This document shows positions 63,628 to 64,000 of a stretch of 64,000 nt of DNA, piece by piece; the first letter of the stretch is position 1; every line of letters begins with the position of its first letter. This stretch comes from a virus, in IMG/VR virus record IMGVR_UViG_3300035703_000021, positions 64,001 to 128,000 of that record; one strand, written 5' to 3'. The notes below the pieces were generated by a model. That model had not been told where the DNA came from. It searched no databases and worked only from the letters and a program-made list of their open reading frames with translations. The position numbers and the translations under genes are program-made.

Positions 63628-63969
63628 ATGAGTAACCAACCCTACGGATACGATCCATTTAACGCCGGGCCGGCCGATGGCCAAGCCTTCCTGCTCTCTG
63701 ACGGCGGAGCGCCAACCAACTGCTACTACGGCCCGAGTTACGGCCTGTCGCTAAGCGGCAGGGTCGGTGTGTTTCCGGATGGAGCACCGTACAAGCAATC
63801 GGCCGCGGAGCTGAGGCAGTACATTGTCGCCCTGGAGTCTACGAGAAAGCTCCAGGATCTCGCCGACGTGAACTTCACCAGGAACGTTAAGCCTGGCGAC
63901 GCGCTTCTCTACAATTACACAACGGGTTACTGGGAGCTACAGGATTTTATTAGTGGCGGAGGGTGGTGA
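63628..63969 (+). CDS. Small neck/fibre connector protein
   Basis: LQDLADVN..GDALLYN..GYW..ISGGGW resembles the C-terminal half of the 38055-38360 protein. Confidence 0.55.
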   Translation: MSNQPYGYDPFNAGPADGQAFLLSDGGAPTNCYYGPSYGLSLSGRVGVFPDGAPYKQSAAELRQYIVALESTRKLQDLADVNFTRNVKPGDALLYNYTTGYWELQDFISGGGW

Positions 63970-63972
63970 TCC

Positions 63973-64000
63973 GTGCTTCTAGAGATCGAAAACCAGCTCC
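63973..64000 (+). CDS. 5' end of a gene, possibly Mu gp37-like tail terminator (truncated by the window)
   Basis: GTG start, MLLEIENQL...; position after the gp36-like gene; only 9 codons visible. Confidence 0.3.

Noticed and set aside
1-64000. tRNA, rRNA, CRISPR arrays, introns or inteins
   Set aside because: None recognised by eye; intergenic gaps are short and core genes are uninterrupted. tRNAscan and Infernal were not run

Overview
A gene-dense 64 kb segment of a large tailed phage with a contractile tail. The host is probably a cyanobacterium, an inference from the SigF-like sigma factor, PhoH, 2OG-Fe(II) oxygenases and cyanophage-type virion proteins. The head module is Mu-like (DUF935-type portal, protease/scaffold, cement protein, major capsid protein, gp36-like adaptor). 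Sheath, tube, chaperones and a multi-enzyme baseplate hub are scattered over both strands around a ~35 kb block of baseplate/fibre genes. A few auxiliary genes are interspersed (thioredoxin, sigma factor, dTMP-kinase-like, PhoH, dCMP deaminase, two 2OG-Fe(II) oxygenases, a degenerate LOG/SLOG protein). Main patterns read from the sequence: (1) a GTT(T/G)AA(A/G)G element at about 20 sites, mostly 28-50 nt upstream of virion genes, distinct from TGnTATAAT promoters before non-structural genes, suggesting a regulon of the phage sigma factor; (2) ten consecutive fibre genes whose C-terminal and next-gene N-terminal motifs recur like plug-and-socket pairs, ending in a Gly/Pro-rich adhesin followed by prolyl-hydroxylase-like enzymes; (3) a baseplate hub carrying an amidase, a circularly permuted M23 peptidase, a dead M23 domain and a lysozyme; (4) a structured, terminator-ended leader before phoH. 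All family calls come from motif recognition by eye; no searches were run. No tRNA, rRNA, CRISPR array or transposase was seen.
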